From Fimicolochytrium jonesii (taxonomy: Eukaryota): a stretch of DNA of 64,000 bases. The position numbers were made by a program, and so were the translations under genes. The DNA lies in contig NW_026515679.1 in the NCBI RefSeq assembly GCF_025526975.1, forward strand, positions 248,001-312,000, given 5' to 3'. Of this stretch, positions 1-13,174 are shown one piece after another. Position 1 is the first letter of the stretch, and every line of letters begins with the position of its first letter. A model generated the notes under the pieces. The model was given only the letters and a program-made list of their open reading frames with translations, was not told where the DNA came from and made no database searches.

Positions 1-2
1 CC

Positions 3-1007
3 GAGCTGGAGCATCGATTTAACAAGAAGTGGAGATACCCGTACGTCTTCTTGAACGAGAAGCCGTTCGATGACAATTTCAAGCAAAAGCTCCAGGGCGT
101 GAATCCCGCTGCGGATATGAAATTCGGGCTCATACCGACCGCGCATTGGTCTTATCCTTCTTGGATCAATCAAACCAGAGCTGCCGCAGCACGCAAAGAT
201 ATGGCAGACAGGGGCATCATCTACGGGGGCCACGAGGCTTACCGCCACATGTGCCGGTATAACTCCGGTTTCTTCTACCGTCATGAGTTGCTGGAAGAGT
301 ATGATTACTACTGGCGTGTCGAACCCGACGTTCACTTCTTCTGCGATATCGATGAGGATCCGTTCCGCTTCATGCAAGAGCATAACAAGCTGTATGGCTT
401 CACGGTCTCTCTCACCGAATTTCGCGAAACGGTCCCAACGTTGTGGAAAACGACCCGCGAATTCATGACGGACAACCCGTCCTTCATCCGTACCGACAAT
501 GCGGTTCGTTGGGTTTCCAAAGACCTCGAAGATTACAACATGTGCCACTTCTGGTCCAACTTTGAAATCGGAAGTTTACATCTCTGGCGCTCCAAGGCGT
601 ACAGCACCTTTTTTGAAACCCTCGATAAAGCAGGCGGCTTCTTTTATGAGCGCTGGGGAGACGCGCCCGTGCACTCGATAGGCGCTACCTTGCTGCTGAA
701 GCCATCGCAGATACATTTCTTCAACAATATCGGCTACGACCATACGGGCATCAACCACTGTCCCGTCTACCAACCGGCGTTTGCGAACAAGTGCGAATGT
801 GACGGCGTCAAGAGCTTTGACATGACTGACTGGTCATGCACGCCGGAGTGGTTTGATTTGTTCGGTGGCGGGACGGCCAATCGTGAGGCGGAGAAGATTC
901 GAAAAATCGAGGAACAGAAACAGGAGAAGGCAAAGAAGGAGAAGGAGGAGCGGGAAAAGGCGGAGAAGGAGGCAAGGGAGAAGGCCGAGAAGGAGAAGAG
1001 CACGTAG
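3..1007 (+). CDS. Alpha-1,2-mannosyltransferase, GT15 (KRE2/KTR family), 5'-truncated by the window edge
   Basis: The frame is open from base 3 (ELEHRFNKKWRYPYVFLNE). GT15 motifs YRHMCRYNSGFFY, YYWRVEP, CHFWSNFEI and GGFFYERWGDAPVHS are present. It ends in a K/E-rich tail. Confidence 0.95.
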   Translation, partial: ELEHRFNKKWRYPYVFLNEKPFDDNFKQKLQGVNPAADMKFGLIPTAHWSYPSWINQTRAAAARKDMADRGIIYGGHEAYRHMCRYNSGFFYRHELLEEYDYYWRVEPDVHFFCDIDEDPFRFMQEHNKLYGFTVSLTEFRETVPTLWKTTREFMTDNPSFIRTDNAVRWVSKDLEDYNMCHFWSNFEIGSLHLWRSKAYSTFFETLDKAGGFFYERWGDAPVHSIGATLLLKPSQIHFFNNIGYDHTGINHCPVYQPAFANKCECDGVKSFDMTDWSCTPEWFDLFGGGTANREAEKIRKIEEQKQEKAKKEKEEREKAEKEAREKAEKEKST

Positions 1008-1715
1008 TTTTGCATCAACGGGACTCGGAACCCATGCCCCAACCATCAAACGGCGGAGTCTCGAACGCGCCGCTACGAAAGAAGAAACAGGACCTTGTTC
1101 GGACTTGTGGAATTTTCATGCATACAGCGCCTGACTGGCTGTTGGGTGTACAGTAGTGTACCTCGGTAGGCTATGTCGAATAGATCCCATCCATACTTGC
1201 GCTGGCGCATCGTCCCATACGCGTACTGCTGGACTCCGTTAGGCTAGCACTTGTCTTTCTATCTTTTATGAATTGTTTTTAACCTTATCTTTAGTCTTGA
1301 GGCAGCAACAAAAATAATGGAGAATGATATTTCGACCCTACCGTTGACTGTTCTTCCACATCGGACGAGCAAGGGAAGTAAGCGGTGACAAAATGATATT
1401 CTTCAGACGCAAAAAATATGTAAAATCACACAAATGAGCTACCCTAGGCTATCTGCGATACCCGGGAGCCTCAGCAAACAATAGAACCGCGATACAAAAG
1501 AAGTACACGAACCATAAACGATGCGTAACATAGGAAGACAGGGGTGAAAGTAGCAAAACCCAGCAGCCTAAAACGAGTTAGGCAGACATGTTTTCATCGA
1601 TAGTTTTACGCCACCTCACCCTGATTTGAAACCGACTTGCATATCTGACATTTTGTATGGGTTTTGGTATTGCGGATAAGGGCGGCCATCACCTTCGGGT
1701 ATTTCGCCGTCCATC

Positions 1716-2793
1716 TCAGGCGTGGGTCTTCTTCGGGTGCATCTCCTTCTCGTGCTTATGGCGGACCACAACGACGGGACACTCGCTGTTGTGAACGCAG
1801 TAGTCGGAGACGGAGCCTACAAAGGCACTGGATGTCACGAGTGTTTCCCATGACGAGAAAATGGCATTGAGTGAGGAACCAAGCGACTGAGTTCACCATG
1901 ATGGAAAGAGCAGGCGATCGATACAAAGGCGCTGACATACCGCTTCAAGGTGCCCATTCCCCTGGACCCGATCACGAGCATGTCGGCGTTGACTTCTTTG
2001 ACTTTGTGGAGGAGTTCGTCGCGCGGATCGCCACGAAGGGCGATGGCGCGGCATTTGGCCTGCGATTGATGCGATTGAACAAGGCGGTGAATGTCCAATG
2101 CACTTCCTATTTGTCTTTGCGTGAATGTCTTACCCCAGCTTTCACGATCCTAGCTCCAAAATGCTTAAGCAGCTTGTGGCTAACCATCATTTGCTCATAT
2201 TCGGTGCGATCGATCCAGTCTGGCACATCAAAAACGAAAAAGCAAATAAATACATCAGTGAGCTCTCCCTAAGGCAGACGTCATGACCATCATACCAAAA
2301 GCACTGTTCACACCTCGGATATCCATGTAGATCAAGCCAAAGGAGGCAGGCACGTTGACGACCTCGCGGACGTTGAGGAGAACGACTTGGTCGGACTGAG
2401 GGTTGATGAGGTTTTCCAGGGCCCAGTTGAAGGCATACTCGCTGTGTTCTGCGAAAATTGTGGGGACACGCAGATGAGATCGGGATCATACGATCTTTCG
2501 TGGTTACCGACGTTATGATTTTACGAGCAACGCTCATTAGGAACGAACCGAAACTCACCACTCTGGTCAAGCGCAACAGCAATAATCCTCTGGTGCGTCT
2601 GCTCCTGCTTCTCCATCAACTCCTCATGGACGGGCTGCCTAAGCTGTTCGAGTTTCTTCTGAGCTTCAGCCGTCTGCTCGGGAGTCTGCTGCTGCTGCTG
2701 CTTTTGCTCCTCAGAAGAAGAGGCCATGGGGAAAGTCTGGCTTTGACCTTCCTGCGTTTCGGTCGGGTTGTCGGCTGTCGGGACGGACGACAT
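1716..2793 (-). CDS. Universal stress protein (UspA domain), multi-exon
   Basis: Exon peptides RIIAVALDQS and GDPRDELLHKVKEVNADMLVIGSRGMGTLKR. After a gtatgt..cag intron the frame continues AFVGSVSDYCVHNSECPVVVVR to a stop at 1716. The G-x2-G-x9-G-S ATP-binding motif is intact. Confidence 0.9.
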
Positions 2794-3336
2794 CGTTTTT
2801 GCTGTGTTGGGTGTTATCGGAAGTTGCCTGTCAAGAGAGAGAGATAGGCGCCGGGAATAACCGTTAGACTACATAGAGCACGATCTAGCCATAGACTCGG
2901 CAAGCAATACGCTCGTACCTTGGTTTGGAGTTGGTTTTTCTGCTGGGTAGGCAGTGCACAGTTTGGTCACTCTGTCTCTCTGGCAAACGAGGCTTTCAGG
3001 TGCTCGCTTGTGATCTTTTCTACTGTCAGTGTGGAGGGCGATTTGACAGTGCTGAGTCACTATGACAGGATTATCATTGTCCTGAATGCGCAGCCCGGAG
3101 CCTGGCTGAATTTTGCGTATGCCCTTTTTTCCATGGGGGCTGAGCACCCCCTGAGCAATGCGCCTATTCCGTTCAACGGTCATTCAAATGAACCTAAATC
3201 GCATTCCAAACTGCTGTTGCAATCATACCAAAAAACAGCCTCGTAGGACATCAAAACCATACTGACCGTACGGCCAAAAAAAAAAAAGAAAAGAGAAGGA
3301 TACATGAATGTGAAAAACGCGCGCGAGAGAGACTCG

Positions 3337-5107
3337 TTACTGCTCGATGGCCATCAACCCATCGGGGACAAACACGCTGAGGATGTCGGACACAGTGACG
3401 ACTCCCACAGGTTTGTCCCCTTCATCGGCGATCCAGACACGATGGATGTGCGCATCGCGAATCTGGCAAATAGGATAATTAGACAACTCATTCAAAAATC
3501 TGCTGCCGAATGTTGACTGAAGATGAGTGAATGCCGAGTCATTATGACTTACGATGGCAATAGCTTTGGACAGTGGGGCATCAGGTTCGACGAACTTGAG
3601 CTGATCAGCTTTGACTTGATCGGAACGTCGACGAGTATCGATTTCCAAGAAGGTAAAAACCTAGATGTTGGAGTATCAAAGCCATGTCAGCTATGGGTGC
3701 ATGCCCGTATACATCCATTGGGGCCTACATACCGGGTCCAAAAGACCTTCGAGATTCGAGGAACTCAGACCTCGGAGATCGGAAGCGCTGAGATTGGCGG
3801 CCAAGCCACCTTCCTTGTCCACAACCGCCACGGCGCTAACGCCACCGATGTACAGGTCACTGAATAAGAGGCGGCCGGAAGCGAGCGACTTGTAAGTATT
3901 CGTTCCCTTTCAACATGGCGCTCCGCGGGCAGAAGGGAAAGCAAAAGCAATGTGCAGCAAGCATGTCCGGGAACGCAATGCGTACCGGAATGCCTGAAGA
4001 GCTGTTGCCGTGTCGAGGACAGTCACAACTCGGCTTTTGCCCGTCCTTCTTTCCGCTGTCGACGTCGCCTTTGACTGCGCTTGCTCCTGCTGATGTTCCA
4101 AACGACGAGTGACGAGTTCGTTGATTTCCTTGACTGGGAGTTGTTCGATGCGTTGTCTTGCATCTTGCGAGAGGTCGACGCAATCTTCAAGAAAAGCCAG
4201 CACATCCGTCTACAACCACGGAAGATTTAGAGAACCTAGCTCTGCTCATTAACATCGTGATTTCCTGCCGACCTGTGTAATCATAGTGGTGAAGGAACCT
4301 TCAGGCAAATTCTCCGTTTCTTCGCTTCTTTCAATGAGCACTCCCTCGTCATCAACAATAAGTGCACGATGGTAAGCGCCGGCCGTGAGCAGCTGCAACA
4401 GGTTGGACACAGGCATGGAGGCGTTCAAGGACCATGACTCCTGGCTTTCGCGGCTAAGGCCAACCAGCTCTCCAATCTGACATTTGGAAATGGGACGCGT
4501 CAAAAAGCGATAATGGGCCATGCGGATGCATCGAAGAGATACTTACAGGAGTTCCAAAATACTGTTCCTGATCTTCCATAAGAGAGTCAATCCAGTCTCG
4601 CAGCTCTCCGGCCTTGTCACCGACGAAAGCACCGCTGCCAGGCCTATTGACCGCCATGCATCAGCTCTATGCGATTCAGACTTCTATGGATAGATCGATC
4701 AAGTATGGGCCGCGATGGATGCAAAAGCACTCACTCCAAGCGATCAAAGAGCTTCTGAAAAACCGTGTAGGCAAGAATGTCGTGGATGCTGATGATGCCC
4801 TATTCGCCATCACGATCTATGAGCAAAATGCATAACAATATTCCATCACACGGGTCACACTACCTACCGTATACTGCCTTCCACCACTCTGTCCCTCCGT
4901 GACTCGATACACAGGAACTGCAAGGATCCCCTCATTCCTCAAAAGAAGCATCACTTCAGCGACGGTAGCCGTCTCCGGAACCGCAATCAAAGGCGAACTG
5001 CCTCGCGTGGCCTCGCGGTGTTTGAGGATGGCCGCGATGGGGATGGTGCCCAGCTTCCTGTAGATTTCTTGCACGGCATTCTGATGGGCGGGGTCCGAGT
5101 ACGACAT
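3337..5107 (-). CDS. CBS-domain protein (about four CBS repeats; SDS23/AMPK-gamma-like fold), multi-exon
   Basis: CBS-type segments occur in successive exons: TATVAEVMLLLRNEGILAVPVY, LLQLLTAGAYHRALIVD..MITQ, TATALQAFR, and HIHRVWIADEGDKPVGVVTVSDIL. Confidence 0.8.
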
Positions 5108-5820
5108 TCTGGCGCGCTGTTTGCACTTGATCGGGTTGCGATGCTGATGGAGCGACACTCAGCTGATCTTGGGACAAAAAGGTTTCAGTTCGCGAGAAAG
5201 AGCTTCTACACTGAGACTATATGCTATATGAGACTGTGGAAAGGCTTTTACTGGCTGCCTAGATTGTTGTGACTTGCTTCACATAAAACCCGGTTGCGGT
5301 TTGGAGCGAATCACCTGGGTCACGAGGGCTCTGACGCGTGTGTCATCACTTGTTTCGTCCTCAACGTACTGTACTGCACATCAACTAATAAGTTACTTTT
5401 CTCGGCCGGCACTCCCTCAACCAAAACAGACGACATGCACATAATGAATACAGGGAGATTCACAAAGTCATTCTTTTGGGCACAACACTACAGAATGTAC
5501 AAAGTATGGAACGTCATAGAAGCTCCTTCCTCACCACATCCCGGCGATTGTTGATCGCATCGGGGGGATAATGTCATGACTTCTGGGAAAAACGGATGGA
5601 GAAATGTCCGGGGATGAGAACGGAGAGCCGGCTATATGAGGGTTACTCAGGAATAAACAGGGGGACTGATAGTCATGTGTAATCCAGCAGCAGTGAAACG
5701 GGATGATATAACAGTCCGAGAGGGTTGGGGGATAAAGGTAGGTCCAGCGTAGGAAGTGCGCATGCCGAAGCATGTTCAATCGGATCGAAGTTGGCGAGGA
5801 TGTGGTCGGCTTGTAGTTTC

Positions 5821-8238
5821 TCAAATGCCCACAGAGAAGGTTGGAGGTAATGCGGGTGCCGGTGGTGCAGACGGCGCAGATACCGTCTGCGCATCACTCA
5901 TCGCCTCAACCTTCTGTGCTCGCTTTTTCCGTTGTCCATTCCCGTCTTGCACACGACTCCGCTTCTTGACCACGTCCGTCCGCATGGATGCCGGACGCTG
6001 CCCGCCATGAAGCTTCTCGTAAAGCCCGCATGCGTTGCAAATGGGTCTGCCTTCGGCGTCGCGACGCCATAGAGGTGTGGACGTGGTATCGCAGTTTGCG
6101 CAATGGGTGAGTTGAGCGGTATTGGCGCCATCGCCGTCGCCTGACTGAAGAGACTGGGGACGTAAAGACTTGGGTCGGTGGCGGTTATGCAGTTTGTAGC
6201 TGAAAGGTTGGTAAGAAGGATGTGAGCAAAGAGCCATCGGTCAGTCTTGAAAGAACATCGCGATACTTACTACAATCCGCAGGCATTGCATAGCAGTTCG
6301 TCTTGGTCTGATCGTCTCCACAGTGGCGTCGATGTCGCTTCGCAGTTCTGGCAAGTGTTGATAGTACCATTGGCGCCTATTGTCGGTCCGCCAGATTTCG
6401 ATTTGGGCGCCGAAGGTGTTGGCGCAGTCTGCACCCTCGCAGTGCTTCGTCGGACTGCTTTGGGACGGATTGGGCCAGATAGCGGGGTAGACGTTGTCGT
6501 GGAGGAGTTTGAGGCATCGTCTTCGGGTTGCATGACTATTCCCTCTTCCAGCTTGATTGTACACTTGTGATCGTCATGGGCCGCCAGCGCGTCAAATTCC
6601 TTTTGGTATGAGCAACCGGCACCGTCGTTGCTCATCCCAGTATCTTGAGTTGGACCTGCTCCGAAGCCATTGAGTGGTGGGCGTGGTAACTCGGTAAATG
6701 ACCAAGACGAAGCGCGATGATCTTCGTTCACGAATGGCGGCTGCTGCTGCAACACGAAATGTTGAGACGCCATGGATGGCCCGAAGGTCTGCTGTTGCTG
6801 TGATACATCATACAGCGACTGGGGTGCAACAGTGGTCATGTCCGATGGGTAGATAGCTTTGACTTGGTCGTATGTTTGTGGCGCAAGCGGAGACTGGGAA
6901 AATGGATTCGCGGGCATGCCGTACAGCTGCTCGCTTTGGCTATATGTGCAAGATGTTGAATTGCTGCTTTGCTGAACCTGCGAACCGGAGGAAAGCGACG
7001 TAGATGGCCGGCGTATGATAGACGAGTTTGGCAAAGCCGAGGGGATATAGTCCGAAGCAGTCGATCGTTCTGGCAGCGCGTTAAATCCAAATGTGGTCTC
7101 TTGTATCGGTAAGTAACCGTGTGTGTCTCCGTACTTGGGAAGCGTCGCAAGATTCTCTGCTGGTGTGTACATATCTCGTTGGCAACTCGCCCACTCGAAA
7201 CCTGGGGCTGGGAAGGTCTGCTGGCTTTGTGTTTGCACCGTCGCTGACTGGTCAATGGTCTTGCCGTCCATATCCGGGCCTGTGATGGCAAGAGGCGTGT
7301 ACGAGTAGTTGAATATGCTGGGGTCGATAGATGGGAGATCGGCAGATTGCTGAGTGTTGCTATGATTCCACATATCCGGGTTGAAGAAGGACATTTCGTT
7401 TGCGGGGCTCGCAGTGAAGTGAATCAGGAGGTTGGCTTCCGTCGCTGAGGAGCTACCCGCAAGAGCGCAGGCGTTTCCGAAGGCATCGGCATGAGGTGGT
7501 AGGAGGCCATCCATGCCCAATGGCTCAGGGATGGTGAATGCCTCCACATGGAATTGCTCCGTCGGGGCCGCAAAAAGTTGTGACTCGACAAAGGAGTTCT
7601 GGGCATCCTCAGTGAGCTCAACGATACGAGACGGCTGCTGCACCGTCTGCACCGATTCCGCGATCTGTTCTACAATCTGCTCCTCCAGGAACGCCGACCG
7701 CGCCAATGCAAAGCCCTGCTGGATGGTGTTCTCGAGCTTCTGCTCGCGCTGCTTGTGTTGTTGCAGTTCCTTCTGCTGCTGTTCGGTGACGGTGATGGTT
7801 TCGCTGCGAGGAGAGACCGGCCGCCTCACAGTCTGAGCAGGCTGGCCGAACTTTTTCGTGATTTTACAGGACAGGCGCTTGAACTGCGTGTTGTTCGCCT
7901 TCTTGGTCTCCACCAGGATCTGGTGCAGATGCCAAAGACGCCAGGACAGGTTCTCCAAGCGATTCCCGTTCTCGAGAGTGTCCTTCACCTGTGCGGAGAA
8001 TTTTTTTCGTCAGTGAATCAGTGAATTGAACCCCGGCGCCAGGTAGGAACAAAAAACATAACAGGGGCGCGCAAGATTGCAACCGCCAAGAAACAAGCGC
8101 CACGTCGTAGGGCGAGAAGCCTACCTTAGTACAGGTCCTCCATGCAGCAGCAAAATCGTCCGGAGAATCCAATCTCGTGAAGGGCTCGAACTCACTCTCG
8201 TGAGCGGAGCTCTTGACGCGAAGAACCAAGACGGGCAT
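5821..8238 (-). CDS. GATA transcription factor with N-terminal DUF1752 domain and two GATA zinc fingers
   Basis: Exons 1-2 join to [25 protein letters not shown] (DUF1752, AreA/Gat1-type). There are two CX2CX17CX2C fingers: [20 protein letters not shown](Y) and [26 protein letters not shown]. Confidence 0.92.
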
Positions 8239-9444
8239 GGCTCGTTCAGTACGTCAGGGGTAGTTGATATGGAAGTGTTTCGCTTTCAGAATCTGACAAA
8301 CCAGACGTGGGTAGATGTGAGTAGCGGAGATTGGTTGTGGGCGCGGTCGGTATATAGTAGTGGGTTCGTCTCTCCGGGGATTGGGAATTGTGGGCCTGGT
8401 TGGTGGGCGGGGTTGCTGTGGAGGAAGAGGGCAGCAGAAAACGTTCGGGAACTTAAACCTTCAATAAGTGGGGTGCACTTAAAACGCCCCTAGCCCAATA
8501 CCTCGCAATTAATGGGCACGTTTGCGTGGAGTATGAGGCCTTCCACCACTAATAATCGGGTATGGGGCTGGGACGCGGAAACACCAAGCCAACGACGTCA
8601 GAACCGTATACAATTTGGCTCCCAAACCACGACTTTATGGTAGTACTCCGATGACTAAAGCACATAAGAATTCCGGAGGATGAACGGATGAAGCGAAACA
8701 TGAATCAATTGGTGGGACGACGCACAGACGAAGGTGGCGTGGGTCAACGTTGTTGTTCCAGTTGTTCCTCGCCGGGCCCGGCACCGAAAAAAAAAGCCTT
8801 TGTGGCGACCGCTGGTACCGCGCCAACCAGCGCCAACCGTCCCCAACAGATGTAGGAGACTTAACAGGCGGAAATTAATTATTCTCAATCTCTCGTCCGC
8901 CGTTCTTCCTCGGTTTTGGCGGTGGAAAACAATCTTGGCGGAGCAAAGATGGGTGTGGGAGGCTCTGGGAGCAACGGCTGAGTAACTGTCCTCGGGGAGG
9001 GCGTCGAAGTAGAAGGAGTGTGGAATCGCGCTGTATACCGGTTGAGATGACTGTAGATAAATACCAGACGTTGCGTGTGAACAACGGCTGCTATGTGTTG
9101 GAGGTTTCTCATGCCGTCGTCGGTAGGTGCCTGTCAGCTGTTCATGGAAGCTGGCAGGCACCTGACGGAATGCGGTGTGAGCACGATGGACAGGATAATC
9201 GAAGTCGGTCTACAGCCCAGGGCCGGGACTCCCACCGCCGCGGCGGTGCCTCCACTTTTAAAACGTCGATATTCTCCATGTTTCAGTAGATAGAGGGAAA
9301 ATCTGCCAGTTGCATTGGTGAACAAAATATATACAGTATGGTAAAATGTTGCAAGACAACTATCGTGTCTCTCTCTAAGTGTAAGCGAATGACTCGCAAT
9401 GAACGAAACGTTTGGCGGGAGATAGCGATGGGGTCTATTCTGAT

Positions 9445-12074
9445 CTATGCCTCGGGACGTGGCGGGATTTGTGGCTGGGCAGGCTGGTCGTGCGAAAGGG
9501 TTGTGTCATCGATAGCCACCGTCTGCATCGCATCGTCCTTCGTCTGGGGTTGTCCAACAGCAGAGGCATCCTGCGTGCTCAAAACAGCCTCCTCCTCCGA
9601 GTAAACATGCGAGTTCCGCAGCGGGGATCCGGCAGCAGCAGCAACACGGCCCGGCCTAGGCACAACGGGACTGCTGCTCCCACTCCGCTCCTCCTCATCC
9701 GTGTCCGACCCGGCAATCCCATTCTCCACCCGCTCGGTTCTCTCCGCCACCTTGTTCAGCGCGTCCATCACCACCTTGTCCGTGAAAATAACCTCCGGTA
9801 GTGTGAACAACGCCCAGGCGTCCTTCTTCATCGCCGCAAACGCCATGCGCGCGCGCAACACCAGCGGGTTAGGCGCGGGCCCGAGCTCGGCTTCCAGTGG
9901 GTCGATAACCTCAGGCGGGGCTTCCCGGCTGCGGAGTGGGAAGCTGCGGATGCGGGGCATAGAGAAGCGGGATGGGGTTGGGGCGGTGGTTTCGGTGTCG
10001 GAGGAGGCGGATATAATGTTTTTGGTGGAGCCTAGCGGCAGGGATGAGGAGACTGGGGAGGTTTTTGGCGGAAGACCTTTTGCGGGAGATGCTGGTCTCC
10101 GAGTCGGTTCTGGATCTGAAAAGTTGCCTGCATCCATTGGCGGCGGCAGGGGCGGCGTGTCTGATCGTGGTGGAGGTTTTGGTGGGAATTTGTGGGATGT
10201 CACGTCCCGGATGAATACTTTGACGATTTGGGAAGGGAATAAGCTGAAGAGGCTGGTGTAGGTCTCGATGTCCCGTTCGCCGGAATCACCTAGCAGAAGA
10301 AACTTTCGATCTGGGAAGTCCTGCAAGGGGATCAGCGGGCTTAGTGATGGATTCCACAATACAAGGCTCACTTTCAACATACTTGAAAAATCCTAGTGAT
10401 GATCTTGATCTTATACGTCTTGGAGCTCATATTCTCCCTCTCCCAGACATTCCTCAAATTCAGCGAGCCCAACGGAAACCTGCTCGTCTTCAAGAACGCC
10501 GAAAGCATCGGATACAGCTGGTACGGCCCAGCGCTCACATAATGCATGCTGACGTTGCGCGCACGGAGGTAGTTGTACGCGTCGGCCATCCCAGGGACTT
10601 CACGGGCCTCGGCAAACAGCGCCGCGTTGATGGCGGCCATCTTGCCTTCATGTACCAGTGATTCTTTGATGGTATCGTCGACGTCGGAGATGATTGACAC
10701 GCCTTCTGGGGAGATGAGTTCCACCTGGCCCACGGTGTTTAATGTTTCTGGAAATCGAAGGCTTCAGTATGATGACCTTAGACGGCGCCGAACAGATGGT
10801 TTCATATCTCACGCACCAGGCTCCCCGGGTTTGAAAGCAACGATCTGCACCGAGTTATGGTCTACCCACGGCTGTGCGTTTTCTTCCCGCCACTTATCCA
10901 CAAAGCTTTTCGGGAGTTGAATCGTCCCCGAGAAGAAGCCACTTGCGTCGGTGACCAGGTCGATCCCGGCTTCGGTCTTTGCCAGTTGATCATAATCGAA
11001 GCTGCTGGTATCCGGTTCAGGGGTGTCTCCTCTGGAATGCGGTCGCTCACGCGGTTTCCGCTCGGCTGGTATGCCAATGAGGCTCGTGTTGGGTGTTAGC
11101 CCGGAGACAGCGACTCGAATTTTGACCCCTTGCAGCGATGTTGCAAGGAAGAGCCCCGCTCGTTCGTCGTAACGCGTGCCGGAAGCAGCGTCAACCGTAG
11201 CAGAGGCTAAGAGTCTTCGGGAGATACTCAGTAAAATCTTTCGTCGTTTGCTCTGCTCCCTCGTTCCATACACCCATCCTTTGACGTTGACCAGCCAGTG
11301 CCTGTCTTTAGACCCCTCAATTTCAATTGGACCGGGTGGCTTGAGTGAAGTTGCAGCTTCAGATGCATCTATAGGTGATGCTTCTCGCTCTGCAACAGCA
11401 CTTCCGCCCGCCAAGTCAGCGCCTGGTGATGGCTCCCGCGCAGCTGGCGCAGCGGAAGACGCCGATGTGGTCCCGCTACCCCACCGGCTGAAATATGAGG
11501 TCACCCTGCCGGCAGCGGTGGCGGGCGGTGTCGCAGGCACTGCAGCAGCAGCTTGACCCATCTTTGCAGCCTTCTCAGCCTGCTTCTTCGTCAGCGATAG
11601 ACGCGCATAAGTCGGAAATAGCAGCACCGTTTCAATCAGGTCGCTTCCACTTGCTTGTGCCAACCGTGCGGCCTCAGCTTCCGACAAACCATTCCCGGAA
11701 CCAGACACGTCTTCCCAGGTCGTCCCATCCTCTTCGTGGATAAGCTGCTGGTGCTCGGACGGCTCTCTGCGCAGGGCGGGCAGTATTCCCGGCATTGGGG
11801 CGTCCTGGCGTGGGTAACTGTTGGCCGCCATGTTGCGGAAGGAGGAGAGGGTCCGGACGCACGAGCGCGGTGCCCCGTTGAACCTGCGAAAGGCACTTCC
11901 ACCGCTTTGAGGAAAGAGACCTAGACCGGGTTGCGATCGGATTACGATCTTCTGAGCCAACGCCGCGGCAGAAGTCGTGAAGGAGAAGGATACCGGTTGC
12001 GTCGCAGTAAGAACAGGCACAACGCGAATTGGAGTGGATGCTGCAACGAGTCTGGCCCTCAAGCCCAACGACAT
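9445..12074 (-). CDS. APP1: App1-type phosphatidate phosphatase (DUF2183, HAD-like), multi-exon
   Basis: Motifs ISDVDDTIK, HYVSAGPYQLYPML and FPDRKFLLLGDSGERD, followed by a Pro-rich tail. Two in-frame ATGs at 12074 and 11831. Confidence 0.85.
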
Positions 12075-12680
12075 TGACAAGACTAGGTTGCCGTTGGAGA
12101 TGTCAGTGAGGGTAAGTTCCGATTCGTTTCGTCTCCGTTGGAAGGTTGGTAAAGGACACCGCCGCACGCCCGGTAAGAGCGGTAAGGCTTCTTTGGCCTT
12201 TTTTGACCGCGACTCTTTGATGTCAGTTCCACGAGTCACTGGCAGAGGACGCGCGAAACGGATTCTGAGCGCTTCTGCGCAGGGTGGTGTGAAAGCATTT
12301 CAAAATGCCAAATGTGCGAGCTGCTGCTGAATCTCAGCAGCATATCACGTGACCCCGCACTAGTGGGGTTAGGGTTGCGGGGGGATGACGTGGAATGGGG
12401 TACTGTGCCACCTGCGGTCAATACTGTCGATTTGATTGAGGCCGGCGTCATACGTAGTAGGTCCCCATTACGCAACCTCGTTCGCCGGTACGCTGCCCGA
12501 GATAGGTACCAGCTTTCTGGTGGAAGCTAAGATTGAGGAAATCCACGTTGCCGGGTATAAGCATTACATCAAGCTTACCAATACCGGGGCCCTGGAAAGC
12601 ATTATATGGGCTCATCCCTGGGGGAGTCATGTGTTTGGCTACTGTCCCGACGCCCTGGTCACGATATTAGTTAACGTGAT

Positions 12681-12731
12681 GTCACGTGAGTCGATTGTGA
12701 GTCGTTTGTGAGTCATACCAATCGTGACTCA
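12681..12731. promoter_or_regulatory. E-box plus tandem AP-1/Gcn4-like TGA(G/C)TC sites in the divergent APP1 / SYCP2-like intergenic region
   Basis: GTCACGTGA at 12681; GTGAGTC at 12686, 12697 and 12708 (exact 11-bp spacing); GTGACTCA at 12724. Confidence 0.45.
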
Positions 12732-13174
12732 TCGATCTGGCTGCTCCAGTTGTTCCGGAAACTCGGTAGAACAACGCCTCTGGTAACTCTGGTACCGGCT
12801 ATGGTCAGGCTTACCCTGGCTCAGAGACAAGATTCTACTCACCACAGCCGCGGTTCGGTTTACGAATAGGAGACGGAACCCGGAAACCAGGATTCAGATT
12901 TCATTACGTAGTTGATTCGGAACGCCATAAATGTATGAGTCATACCTGTCTTCATCCCCTCATTCACGTCATCTACACCTCAGCGTGTTCTTCAGTACGC
13001 ACATCCGATTTGAATTTCCTTGCTTTTACACCACCCTGGCTTCTGCGCTTGTCCGATTTTCCCACGAAGGCTCAGCACTCCTCCCAGATCATAACTACAT
13101 ACTGAAGGGCGATCCTGAGGGAACAGAGAAGCACGATTCGCTTGACGGCTGCCACCGTCGCTAATTCGTGCAGA

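Noticed and set aside
890..1004. GAGAAG-rich repeat at the end of the mannosyltransferase
   Set aside because: It simply encodes a K/E-rich low-complexity helical tail.
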